In this document: positions 12,401 to 24,200 of the stretch, one piece after another
Layout of the letters: every line of letters begins with the position of its first letter
Position numbering within the stretch: position 1 is the first letter of the stretch
DNA from: Eledone cirrhosa
Lineage: Eukaryota
Length of the DNA: 64,000 nucleotides
Direction: 5' to 3'
Assembly (NCBI GenBank): GCA_964016885.1
Contig: OZ024741.1
Span: 250,232,001-250,296,000 of the forward strand
Made by a program: the position numbers and the translations under genes
The notes under the pieces: model-generated
Told to the model about the DNA's origin: nothing
Database searches by the model: none
The model's input: only the letters and a program-made list of their open reading frames with translations

Positions 12401-15400
12401 TTCCAGCCGTCCAAGGGGAGATAATTTCCAGCCGTCCAAGGGGAGATAATTTCCAGCCCTCCAAGGGGCTATAATTTCCAGCGTCCAAGGGGAGATAATT
12501 TCCAGCCAGCGAAGAGGAGATAATTTTTTTTTAAAAATCATTGGGAGATTTGTAAAAAAAATCAGGGGGAGATAATTTGTAAAAAAATCAGGGGTAGATA
12601 ATTTGTAAAAAAAAATCAGGGGGAGATAATTTGTAAAAAAAAAATCAGGGGGAGATAATTTGTAAAAAATTCAAGGGGAGATAATTTCCAGCCGTCCAAG
12701 GGAAGATAATTTCCAGCCGTCCAAGGGGAGATAATTTTAAAAAAAAAATCAGGCGCAGATAAGTTGTAAAAAAAAATCAGGTGGAGATAATTTGTAAAAA
12801 AAAATCAGGGGGAGATAATTTGTAAAAAAAATCAAGGGGAGATAATTTCCAGCCGTCCAAGGGAAGATAATTTCCAGCCCTCCAAGGGGCTATAATTTCC
12901 AGCGTCCAAGGGGAGATAATTTCCAGCCAGGGAAGGGTAGATAATTTTTTTTTAAAAATCACTGGGAGATTTGTAAAAAAAATCAGGGGGAGATAATTTG
13001 TAAAAAACTCAAGGGGTGATAATTTCCAGCCGTCCAAAGAGAGATAATTTCTAGCCGTCCAAGGGGAGATAATTTCCAGCCGTCCAAGGGGAGATAATTT
13101 CCCGCCAGCCAAGGGAAGATAATATTTAAAAAAATCAGGCGGAGATAATTTGTAAAAAAAATCAGGGGGAGATAATTTGTAAAAAAATCAGGGGGAGATA
13201 ATTTGTAAAAAAAATCAGGGGGAGATAATTTGTAAAAAAAATCAGGGGGAGATAATTTGTAAAAAAAAATCAGGGGGAGATAATTTGTAAAAAAAATCAA
13301 GGGGAGATAATTTCCAGCCGTCCAAGGGGAGATAATTTTCAACCGTCCAAGGGGAGATAATTTCCCGCCAGCCAAGGGAAGATAATATTTAAAATAATCA
13401 GGCGGAGATAATTTGTAAAAAAAATCAGCGGGAGATAATTTGTAAAAAAATCAGGGGGAGATAATTTGTAAAAAAAAAATCAGGGGGAGATAATTTGTAA
13501 AAAAAATCAGGGGGAGATAATTTGTAAAAAAAATCAGGGCTAGATAATTTGTAAAAAAAAATCAGGGGGAGATAATTTGTAAAAAAAATCAGGGGGAGAT
13601 AATTTGTAAAAAAAATCAGGGGTAGATAATTTCCAGCCGTCCAAGGGGAGATAATTTCCATCCTTCCAAGGGGAGATAATTTCCAGCCGTCCAAGGGGAG
13701 ATAATTTCCCGCCAGCCAAGGAGAGATAATATTTAAAAAAATCAGGCGGAGATAATTTGTAAAAAAAATCAGGGGGAGATAATTTGTAAAAAAATCAGGG
13801 GGAGATAATTTGTAAAAAAAAAATCAGGGGGAGATAATTTGTAAAAAAAATCAGGGGGAGATAATTTGTAAAAAAAAATCAGGGGTAGATAATTTGTAAA
13901 AAAAAATCAGGGGGAGATAATTTGTAAAAAAAAAATCAGGGGGAGATAATTTGTAAAAAAATCAAGGGGAGATAATTTCCAGCCGTCCAAGGGGAGATAA
14001 TTTTCAGCCGTCCAAGGAGAGGTAATTTCTAGCCGTCCAAGGGGAGATAATTTCCAGCCGTCCAAGGGGAGATAATTTTTTAAAAAAAATCAGGCGGAGA
14101 TAATTTGTAAACAAAAATCAGGGGGAGATAATTTGTAAAAAAAAATCAGGGGGAGATAATTTGTAAAAAAAAATCAGGGAGATAATTTGTAAAAAAAATC
14201 AAGGGGAGATAATTTCCAGCCGTCCAAGGGGAGGTAATATCTAGCCATCCAAGGGGAGATAATTTCCAGCCGTCCAAGGGGAGATAATTTCCAGCCGTCC
14301 AAGGGGAGATAATATCCAGCCGTCCAAGGAGACATATTTTCCAGCCGTCCAAGGAGAGGTAATTTCTAGCCGTCCAAGGGGAGATAAGTTCCAGCCTCCA
14401 AGGGGAGATAATTTCCAGCCAGCCAAGGGGAGATAATTTGTAAAAAAATCAGGGGTAGATAATTTGTAAAAAAAAATCAGGGGGAGATAATTTGTAAAAA
14501 AAAATCAGGGGGAGATAATTTGTAAAATAAATCAAGGGGAGATAATTTCCAGCCGTCCAAGGGGAGATAATTTTCAGCCGTCCAAGGAGAGGTAAATTCT
14601 AGCCGTCCAAGGAGAGATAATTTCCAGGCGTCCAAGGGGAGATAATTTCCAGCCAGCCAAGGGGAGATAATTTGTAAAAAAATCAGGGGTAGATAATTTG
14701 TAAAAAAAAATCAGGGGGAGATAATTTGTAAAAAAAAATCAGGGGGAGATAATTTGTAAAAAAAATCAAGGGGAGATAATTTCCAGCCGTCCAAGGGAAG
14801 ATAATTTTCAGCCGTCCAAGGAGAGGTAATTTCTAGCCGTCCAAGGGGAGATAAGTTCCAGCCTCCAAGGGGAGATAATTTCCAGCCAGCCAAGGGGAGA
14901 TAATTTGTAAAAAAATCAGGGGTAGATAATTTGTAAAAAAAAATCAGGGGGAGATAATTTGTAAAAAAAATCAGTGGGAGATAATTTGTAAAAAAAATCA
15001 GGGGTAGATAATTTCCAGCCGTCCAAGGGGAGATAATTTCCATCCTTCCAAGGGGAGATAATTTCCAGCCGTCCAAGGGGAGATAATTTCCCGCCAGCCA
15101 AGGAGAGATAATATTTAAAAAAATCAGGCGGAGATAATTTGTAAAAAAATCAGGTTGAGATAATTTGTAAAAAAATCAGGGGGAGATAATTTGTAAAAAA
15201 AAAATCAGGGGGAGATAATTTGTAAAAAAAATCAGGGGGAGATAATTTGTAAAAAAAAATCAGGGGAGATAATTTGTAAAAAAAAATCAGGGGGAGATAA
15301 TTTGTAAAAAAAATCAGGGGGAGATAATTTGTAAAAAAAATCAAGGGGAGATAATTTCCAGCCGTCCAAGGGGAGATAATTTTCAGCCGTCCAAGGAGAG

Positions 15401-15520
15401 GTAAATTCTAGCCGTCCAAGGAGAGATAATTTCCAGCCGTCCAAGGTGAGATAATTTCCAGCCGTCCAAGGGGAGATAATTTTTTAAAAAAAATCAGGCG
15501 CAGATAAGTTGTAAAAAAAA
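9500..15520 (+). repeat. Block duplicated, with indels, at ~24650-31500 (offset 15.1-16.0 kb)
   Basis: Private variants GCCAGACAAGG (~10866/25985), TCACGGGG (~11184/26303), TTTGCAGCCG (~12325/28044) and GCGAAGAGG (~12509/28393) are shared. ORF offsets are 15119, 15719 and 15985. Confidence 0.8.
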
Positions 15521-16790
15521 ATCACTGGGAGATTTGTAAAAAAAATCAGGGGGAGATAATTTGTAAAAAACTCAAGGGGTGATAATTTCCAGCCGTCCAA
15601 AGAGAGATAATTTCTAGCCGTCCAAGGGGAGATAATTTCCTGCCTTCCAAGGGGAGATAATTTTTAAAAAAATCAGGTGGAGATAATTTGTAAAAAAAAT
15701 CAGTGGAAGATAATTTGTAAAAAGAAAATCAAGGGCAGATAATTTCCAGCCGTCCAAGGGGAGATAATTTCCCGCCAGCCAAGGGAAGATAATATTTAAA
15801 AAAATCAGGGGGAGATAATTTGTAAAAAAAAATCAGGGGGAGATAATTTGTAAAAAAAAAATCAGGGGGAGATAATTTGTAAAAAAATCAAGGGGAGATA
15901 ATTTCCAGCCGTCCAAGGGGAGATAATTTTCAGCCGTCCAAGGAGAGGTAATTTCTAGCCGTCCAAGGGGAGATAATTTCCAGCCGTCCAAGGGGAGATA
16001 ATTTTTTTTAAAAAATCAGGCGGAGATAATTTGTAAACAAAAATCAGGGGGAGATAATTTGTAAAAAAAAATCAGGGGGAGATAATTTGTAAAAAAAAAT
16101 CAGGGGAAGATAATTTGTAAAAAAAATCAAGGGGAGATAATTTCCAGCCGTCCAAGGGGAGGTAATATCTAGCCATCCAAGGGGAGATAATTTCCAGCCG
16201 TCCAAGGGGAGATAATTTCCAGCCGTCCAAGGGGAGATAATATCCAGCCGTCCAAGGAGACATATTTTCCAGCCGTCCAAGGAGAGGTAATTTCTAGCCG
16301 TCCAAGGGGAGATAAGTTCCTGCCTCCAAGGGGAGATAATTTCCAGCCAGCCAAGGGGAGATAATTTGTAAAAAAATCAGGGGGAGATAATTTGTAAAAA
16401 AAAAATCAGGGGGAGATAATTTGTAAAAAAATCAGGGGGAGATAATTTGTAAAAAAAAAATCAGGGGGAGATAATTTGTAAAAAAAATCAGGGGGAGATA
16501 ATTTGTAAAAAAAATCAGGGGTAGATAATTTGTAAAAAAAATCAGGGGGAGATAATTTGTAAAAAAAATCAGGGGGAGATAATTTGTAAAAAAAATCGGG
16601 TAGATAATTTTCAGCCCTCCAAGGGGAGATAATTTCCATCCTTCCAAGGGGAGATAATTTCCAGCCGTCCAAGGGGAGATAATTTCCCGCCAGCCAAGGA
16701 GAGATAACATTTAAAAAAATCAGGCGGAGATAATTTTTAAAAAAAATCAGGGGGAGATAATTTGTAAAAAAATCAGGGGGAGATAATTTG
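15090..16790 (+). repeat. Block duplicated at ~21245-23100 (offset 6128, then 6310)
   Basis: ORF pairs 15232/21360, 16044/22354 and 16406/22716. Private variants GTTCCTGCCTCC (~16316/22626) and AATCGGGTAG (~16594/22904) are shared. Confidence 0.82.
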
Positions 16791-18689
16791 TAAAAAAAAT
16801 CAGGGGTAGATAATTTCCAGCCGTCCAAGGGGAGATAATTTCCATCCTTCCAAGGGGAGATAATTTCCAGCCGTCCAAGGGGAGATAATGTCCCGCCAGC
16901 CAAGGATAGATAATATTTAAAAAAATCAGGCGGAGATAATTTGTAAAAAAATCAGGGGGAGATAATTTGTAAAAAAAAATCAAGGGGAGATAATTTGTAA
17001 AAAAAATCAGGGGGAGATAATTTGTAAAAAAAAATCAGGGGGAGATAATTTGTAAAAAAAAATCAGGGGGAGATAATTTGTAAAAAAATCAAGGGGAGAT
17101 AATTTCCAGCCGTCCAAGGGGAGATAATTTTCAGCCGTCCAAGGAGAGGTAATTTCTAGCCGTCCAAGGGGAGATAATTTCCAGCCGTCCAAGGGTAATA
17201 ATTTTTTTAAAAAAATCAGGCGGAGATAATTTGTAAACAAAAATCAGGGGGAGATAATTTGTAAAAAAAAATCAGGGGGAGATAATTTGTAAAAAAAAAT
17301 CAGGGGCAGATAATTTGTAAAAAAAATCAAGGGGAGATAATTTCCAGCCGTCCAAGGTGAGGTAATATCTAGCCATCCAAGGGGAGATAATTTCCAGCCG
17401 TCCAAGGGGAGATAATTTCCAGCCGTCCAAGGGGAGATAATATCCAGCCGTCCAAGGAGACATATTTTCCAGCCGTCCAAGGAGACGTAATTTCTAGCCG
17501 TCCAAGGGGAGATAAGTTCCAGCCTCCAAGGGGAGATAATTTCCAGCCAGCCAAGGGGAGATAATTTGTAAAAAAATTAGGCGGAGATAATTTGTAAAAA
17601 AAAATTAGGGGGAGATAATTTGTAAAAAAAAATCAGGGGGAGATAATTTGTAAAAAAAAATCAGGGGGAGATAATTTGTAAAAAAAATCAAGGGGAGATA
17701 ATTTCCAGCCGTCCAAGGGGAGATAATTTTCAGCCGTCCAAGGAGAGGTAATTTCTAGCCGTCCAAGGGGAGATAATTTCCAGCCGTCCAAGGGGAGATA
17801 ATTTTTTTAAAAAAATCAGGCGGAGATAATTTGTAAACAAAAATCAGGGGGAGATAATTTGTAAAAAAAAATCAGGGGGAGATAATTTGTAAAAAAAAAT
17901 CAGGGGGAGATAATTTGTAAAAAAAATCAAGGGGAGATAATTTGTAAAAAAAAATCAGGGGTAGATAATTTGTAAAAAAAAATCAGGGGGAGATAATTTG
18001 TAAAAAAAAAATCAGGGGGTGATAATTTGTAAAAAAATCAAGGGGAGATAATTTCCAGCCGTCCAAGGGGAGATAATTTTCAGCCGTCCAAGGAGAGGTA
18101 ATTTCTAGCCAGCCAAGGGGAGATAATTTGTAAAAAAATCAGGGGTAGATAATTTGTAAAAAAAAATCAGGGGGAGATAATTTGTAAAAAAAATCAGGGG
18201 GAGATAATTTGTAAAAAAAATCAGGGGTAGATAATTTCCAGCCGTCCAAGGGGAGATAATTTCCATCCTTCCAAGGGGAGATAATTTCCAGCCGTCCAAG
18301 GGGAGATAATTTCCCGCCAGCCAAGGAGAGATAACATTTAAAAAAATCAGGCGGAGATAATTTGTAAAAAAAATCAGGGGGAGATAATTTGTAAAAAAAT
18401 CAGGGGGAGATAATTTGTAAAAAAAAATCAGGGGAGATAATTTGTAAAAAAAATCAGGGGGAGATAATTTGTAAAAAAAAATCAGGGGGAGATAATTTGT
18501 AAAAAAAAAATCAGGGGGAGATAATTTGTAAAAAAATCAAGGGGAGATAATTTCCAGCCGTCCAAGGGGAGATAATTTTCAGCCGTCCAAGGAGGTAATT
18601 TCTAGCCGTCCAAGGGGAGATAATTTCCAGCCGTCCAAGGGGAGATAATTTTTTTTAAAAAATCAGGCGGAGATAATTTGTAAACAAAA

Positions 18690-21240
18690 ATCAGGGGGAG
18701 ATAATTTGTAAAAAAAAATCAGGGGGAGATAATTTGTAAAAAAAAATCAGGGGGAGATAATTTGTAAAAAAAATCAAGGGGAGATAATTTCCAGCCGTCC
18801 AAGGGGAGGTAATATCTAGCCATCCAAGGGGAGATAATTTCCAGCCGTCCAAGGGGAGATAATTTCCAGCCGTCCAAGGGGAGATAATATCCAGCCGTCC
18901 AAGGAGACATATTTTCCAGCCGTCCAAGGAGAGGTAATTTCTAGCCGTCCAAGGGGAGATAAGTTCCAGCCTCCAAGGGGAGAAAATTTCCAGCCAGCCA
19001 AGGGGAGATAATTTGTAAAAAAATCAGGGGGAGATAATTTGTAAAAAAAAAATCAGGGGGAGATAATTTGTAAAAAAATCAGGGGGAGATAATTTGTAAA
19101 AAAAAAATCAGGGGGAGATAATTTGTAAAAAAAATCAGGGGGAGATAATTTGTAGAAAAAATCAGGGGTAGATAATTTGTAAAAAAAATCAGGGGGAGAT
19201 AATTTGTAAAAAAAATCAGGGGGAGATAATTTGTAAAAAAAATCAGGGGTAGATAATTTTCAGCCGTCCAAGGGGAGATAATTTCCATCCTTCCAAGGGG
19301 AGATAATTTCCAGCCGTCCAAGGGGAGATAATTTCCCGCCAGCCAAGGAGAGATAACATTTAAAAAAATCAGGCGGAGATAATTTGTAAAAAAAATCAGG
19401 GGGAGATAATTTGTAAAAAAATCAGGGGGAGATAATTTGTAGAAAAAATCAGGGGTAGATAATTTCCAGCCGTCCAAGGGGAGATAATTTCCATCCTTCC
19501 AAGGGGAGATAATTTCCAGCCGTCCAAGGGAAGATAATTTCCCGCCAGCCAAGGAGAGATAATATTTAAAAAAATCAGGCGGAGATAATTTGTAAAAAAA
19601 ATCAGGGGGAGATAATTTGTAAAAAAATCAGGGGGAGATAATTTGTAAAAAAAAATCAGGGGGAGATAATTTGTAAAAAAAATCAGGGGGAGATAATTTG
19701 TAAAAAAAAATCAGGGGTAGATAATTTGTAAAAAAAAATCAGGGGGAGATAATTTGTAAAAAAAAAATCAGGGGGAGATAATTTGTAAAAAAATCAAGGG
19801 GAGATAATTTCCAGCCGTCCAAGGGGAGATAATTTTCAGCCGTCCAAGGAGAGGTAATTTCTAGCCGTCCAAGGGGAGATAATTTCCAGCCGTCCAAGGG
19901 GAGATAATTTTTTTAAAAAAATCAGGCGGAGATAATTTGTAAACAAAAATCAGGGGGAGATAATTTGTAAAAAAAAATCAGGGGGAGATAATTTGTAAAA
20001 AAAAAATCAGGGGGTGATAATTTGTAAAAAAATCAAGGGGAGATAATTTCCAGCCGTCCAAGGGGAGCTAATTTTCAGCCGTCCAAGGAGAGGTAATTTC
20101 TAGCCGTCCAAGGGGAGATAATTTCCAGCCAGCCAAGGGGAGATAATTTGTAAAAAAATCAGGGGTAGATAATTTGTAAAAAAAAATCAGGGGGAGATAA
20201 TTTGTAAAAAAAATCAGGGGGAGATAATTTGTAAAAAAAATCAGGGGTAGATAATTTCCAGCCGTCCAAGGGGAGATAATTTCCATCCTTCCAAGGGGAG
20301 ATAATTTCCAGCCGTCCAAGGGGAGATAATTTCCCGCCAGCCAAGGAGAGATAACATTTAAAAAAATCAGGCGGAGATAATTTGTAAAAAAAATCAGGGG
20401 GAGATAATTTGTAAAAAAATCAGGGGGAGATAATTTGTAAAAAAAATCAGGGGTAGATAATTTCCAGCCGTCCAAGGGGAGATAATTTCCATCCTTCCAA
20501 GGGGAGATAATTTCCAGCCGTCCAAGGGGAGATAATTTCCCGCCAGCCAAGGAGAGATAATATTTAAAAAAATCAGGCGGAGATAATTTGTAAAAAAAAT
20601 CAGGGGGAGATAATTTGTAAAAAAATCAGGGGGAGATAATTTGTAAAAAAAAATCAGGGGAGATAATTTGTAAAAAAAATCAGGGGGAGATAATTTGTAA
20701 AAAAAAATCAGGGGTAGATAATTTGTAAAAAAAAATCAGGGGGAGATAATTTGTAAAAAAAAAATCAGGGGGAGATAATTTGTAAAAAAATCAAGGGGAG
20801 ATAATTTCCAGCCGTCCAAGGGGAGATAATTTTCAGCCGTCCAAGGAGGTAATTTCTAGCCGTCCAAGGGGAGATAATTTCCAGCCGTCCAAGGGGAGAT
20901 AATTTTTTTAAAAAAATCAGGCGGAGATAATTTGTAAACAAAAATCAGGGGGAGATAATATGTAAAAAAAAATCAGGGGGATATAATTTGTAAAAAAAAA
21001 TCAGGGGGAGATAATTTGTAAAAAAAATCAAGGGGAGATAATTTCCAGCCGTCCAAGGGGAGGTAATATCTAGCCATCCAAGGGGAGATAATTTCCAGCC
21101 GTCCAAGGGGAGATAATTTCCAGCCGTCCAAGGGGAGATAATATCCAGCCGTCCAAGGAGACATATTTTCCAGCCGTCCAAGGAGAGGTAATTTCTAGCC
21201 GTCCAAGGGGAGATAAGTTCCAGCCTCCAAGGGGAGATAA
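18690..21240 (+). repeat. Block duplicated at ~23375-25635 (offset 4685 shrinking to 4393)
   Basis: Private variants GGAGCTAATTTTC (~20064/24486) and GATAATATGT...GGGATATAAT (~20954/25347) are shared. ORF pairs 18691/23376, 20068/24490 and 20945/25338. Confidence 0.82.
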
Positions 21241-24200
21241 TTTCCCGCCAGCCAAGGAGAGATAATATTTAAAAAAATCAGGCGGAGATAATTTGTAAAA
21301 AAATCAGGGGGAGATAATTTGTAAAAAAAAAATCAGGGGGAGATAATTTGTAAAAAAAATCAGGGGGAGATAATTTGTAAAAAAAAATCTGGGGAGATAA
21401 TTTGTAAAAAAAAATCAGGGGGAGATAATTTGTAAAAAAAATCAGGGGGAGATAATTTGTAAAAAAAATCAAGGGGAGATAATTTCCAGCCGTCCAAGGG
21501 GAGATAATTTTCAGCCGTCCAAGGAGAGGTAAATTCTAGCCGTCCAAGGAGAGATAATTTCCAGCCGTCCAAGGTGAGATAATTTCCAGCCGTCCAAGGG
21601 GAGATAATTTTTTAAAAAAAATCAGGCGCAGATAAGTTGTAAAAAAAAATCAGGGGGAGATAATTTGTAAAAAAAAATCAGGGGGAGATAATTTGTAAAA
21701 AAAATCAAGGGGAGATAATTTCCAGCCGTCCAAGGGAAGATAATTTCCAGCCCTCCAAGGGGCTATAATTTCCAGCGTCCAAGGGGAGATAATTTCCAGC
21801 CAGGGAAGGGGAGATAATTTTTTTTAAAAAATCACTGGGAGATTTGTAAAAAAAATCAGGGGGAGATAATTTGTAAAAAACTCAAGGGGTGATAATTTCC
21901 AGCCGTCCAAAGAGAGATAATTTCTAGCCGTCCAAGGGGAGATAATTTCCTGCCTTCCAAGGGGAGATAATTTTTAAAAAAATCAGGTGGAGATAATTTG
22001 TAAAAAAAATCAGTGGAAGATAATTTGTAAAAAGAAAATCAAGGGCAGATAATTTCCAGCCGTCCAAGGGGAGATAATTTCCCGCCAGCCAAGGGAAGAT
22101 AATATTTAAAAAAATCAGGGGGAGATAATTTGTAAAAAAAAATCAGGGGGAGATAATTTGTAAAAAAAAAATCAGGGGGAGATAATTTGTAAAAAAATCA
22201 AGGGGAGATAATTTCCAGCCGTCCAAGGGGAGATAATTTTCAGCCGTCCAAGGAGAGGTAATTTCTAGCCGTCCAAGGGGAGATAATTTCCAGCCGTCCA
22301 AGGGGAGATAATTTTTTTTAAAAAATCAGGCGGAGATAATTTGTAAACAAAAATCAGGGGGAGATAATTTGTAAAAAAAAATCAGGGGGAGATAATTTGT
22401 AAAAAAAAATCAGGGGGAGATAATTTGTAAAAAAAATCAAGGGGAGATAATTTCCAGCCGTCCAAGGGGAGGTAATATCTAGCCATCCAAGGGGAGATAA
22501 TTTCCAGCCGTCCAAGGGGAGATAATTTCCAGCCGTCCAAGGGGAGATAATATCCAGCCGTCCAAGGAAACATATTTTCCAGCCGTCCAAGGAGAGGTAA
22601 TTTCTAGCCGTCCAAGGGGAGATAAGTTCCTGCCTCCAAGGGGAGATAATTTCCAGCCAGCCAAGGGGAGATAATTTGTAAAAAAATCAGGGGGAGATAA
22701 TTTGTAAAAAAAAAATCAGGGGGAGATAATTTGTAAAAAAATCAGGGGGAGATAATTTGTAAAAAAAAAATCAGGGGGAGATAATTTGTAAAAAAAATCA
22801 GGGGGAGATAATTTGTAAAAAAAATCAGGGGTAGATAATTTGTAAAAAAAATCAGGGGGAGATAATTTGTAAAAAAAATCAGGGGGAGATAATTTGTAAA
22901 AAAAATCGGGTAGATAATTTTCAGCCCTCCAAGGGGAGATAATTTCCATCCTTCCAAGGGGAGATAATTTCCAGCCGTCCAAGGGGAGATAATTTCCCGC
23001 CAGCCAAGGAGAGATAACATTTAAAAAAATCAGGCGGAGATAATTTTTAAAAAAAATCAGGGGGAGATAATTTGTAAAAAAATCAGGGGGAGATAATTTG
23101 TAAAAAAAATCAGGGGGAGATAATTTGTAAAAAAAAATCAGGGGTAGATAATTTGTAAAAAAAAATCAGGGGGAGATAATTTGTAAAAAAAAATCAGGGG
23201 GAGATAATTTGTAAAAAAATCAAGGGGAGATAATTTCCAGCCGTCCAAGGGGAGATAATTTTCAGCCGTCCAAGGAGAGGTAATTTCTAGCCGTCCAAGG
23301 GGAGATAATTTCCAGCCGTCCAAGGGGAGATAATTTTTTTAAAAAAATCAGGCGGAGATAATTTGTAAACAAAAATCAGGGGGAGATAATTTGTAAAAAA
23401 AAATCAGGGGGAGATAATTTGTAAAAAAAAATCAGGGGGAGATAATTTGTAAAAAAAATCAAGGGGAGATAATTTCCAGCCGTCCAAGGGGAGGTAATAT
23501 CTAGCCATCCAAGGGGAGATAATTTCCAGCCGTCCAAGGGGAGATAATTTCCAGCCGTCCAAGGGGAGATAATATCCAGCCGTCCAAGGAGACATATTTT
23601 CCAGCCGTCCAAGGAGAGGTAATTTCTAGCCGTCCAAGGGGAGATAAGTTCCAGCCTCCAAGGGGAGAAAATTTCCAGCCAGCCAAGGGGAGATAATTTG
23701 TAAAAAAATCAGGGGGAGATAATTTGTAAAAAAAAAATCAGGGGGAGATAATTTGTAAAAAAATCAGGGGGAGATAATTTGTAAAAAAAATCAGGGGGAG
23801 ATAATTTGTAGAAAAAATCAGGGGTAGATAATTTGTAAAAAAAATCAGGGGGAGATAATTTGTAAAAAAAATCAGGGGGAGATAATTTGTAAAAAAAATC
23901 AGGGGTAGATAATTTTCAGCCGTCCAAGGGGAGATAATTTCCATCCTTCCAAGGGGAGATAATTTCCAGCCGTCCAAGGGAAGATAATTTCCCGCCAGCC
24001 AAGGAGAGATAATATTTAAAAAAATCAGGCGGAGATAATTTGTAAAAAAATCAGGGGGAGATAATTTGTAAAAAAAAATCAGGGGGAGATAATTTGTAAA
24101 AAAAATCAGGGGGAGATAATTTGTAAAAAAAAATCAGGGGTAGATAATTTGTAAAAAAAATCAGGGGGAGATAATTTGTAAAAAAAAAATCAGGGGGAGA

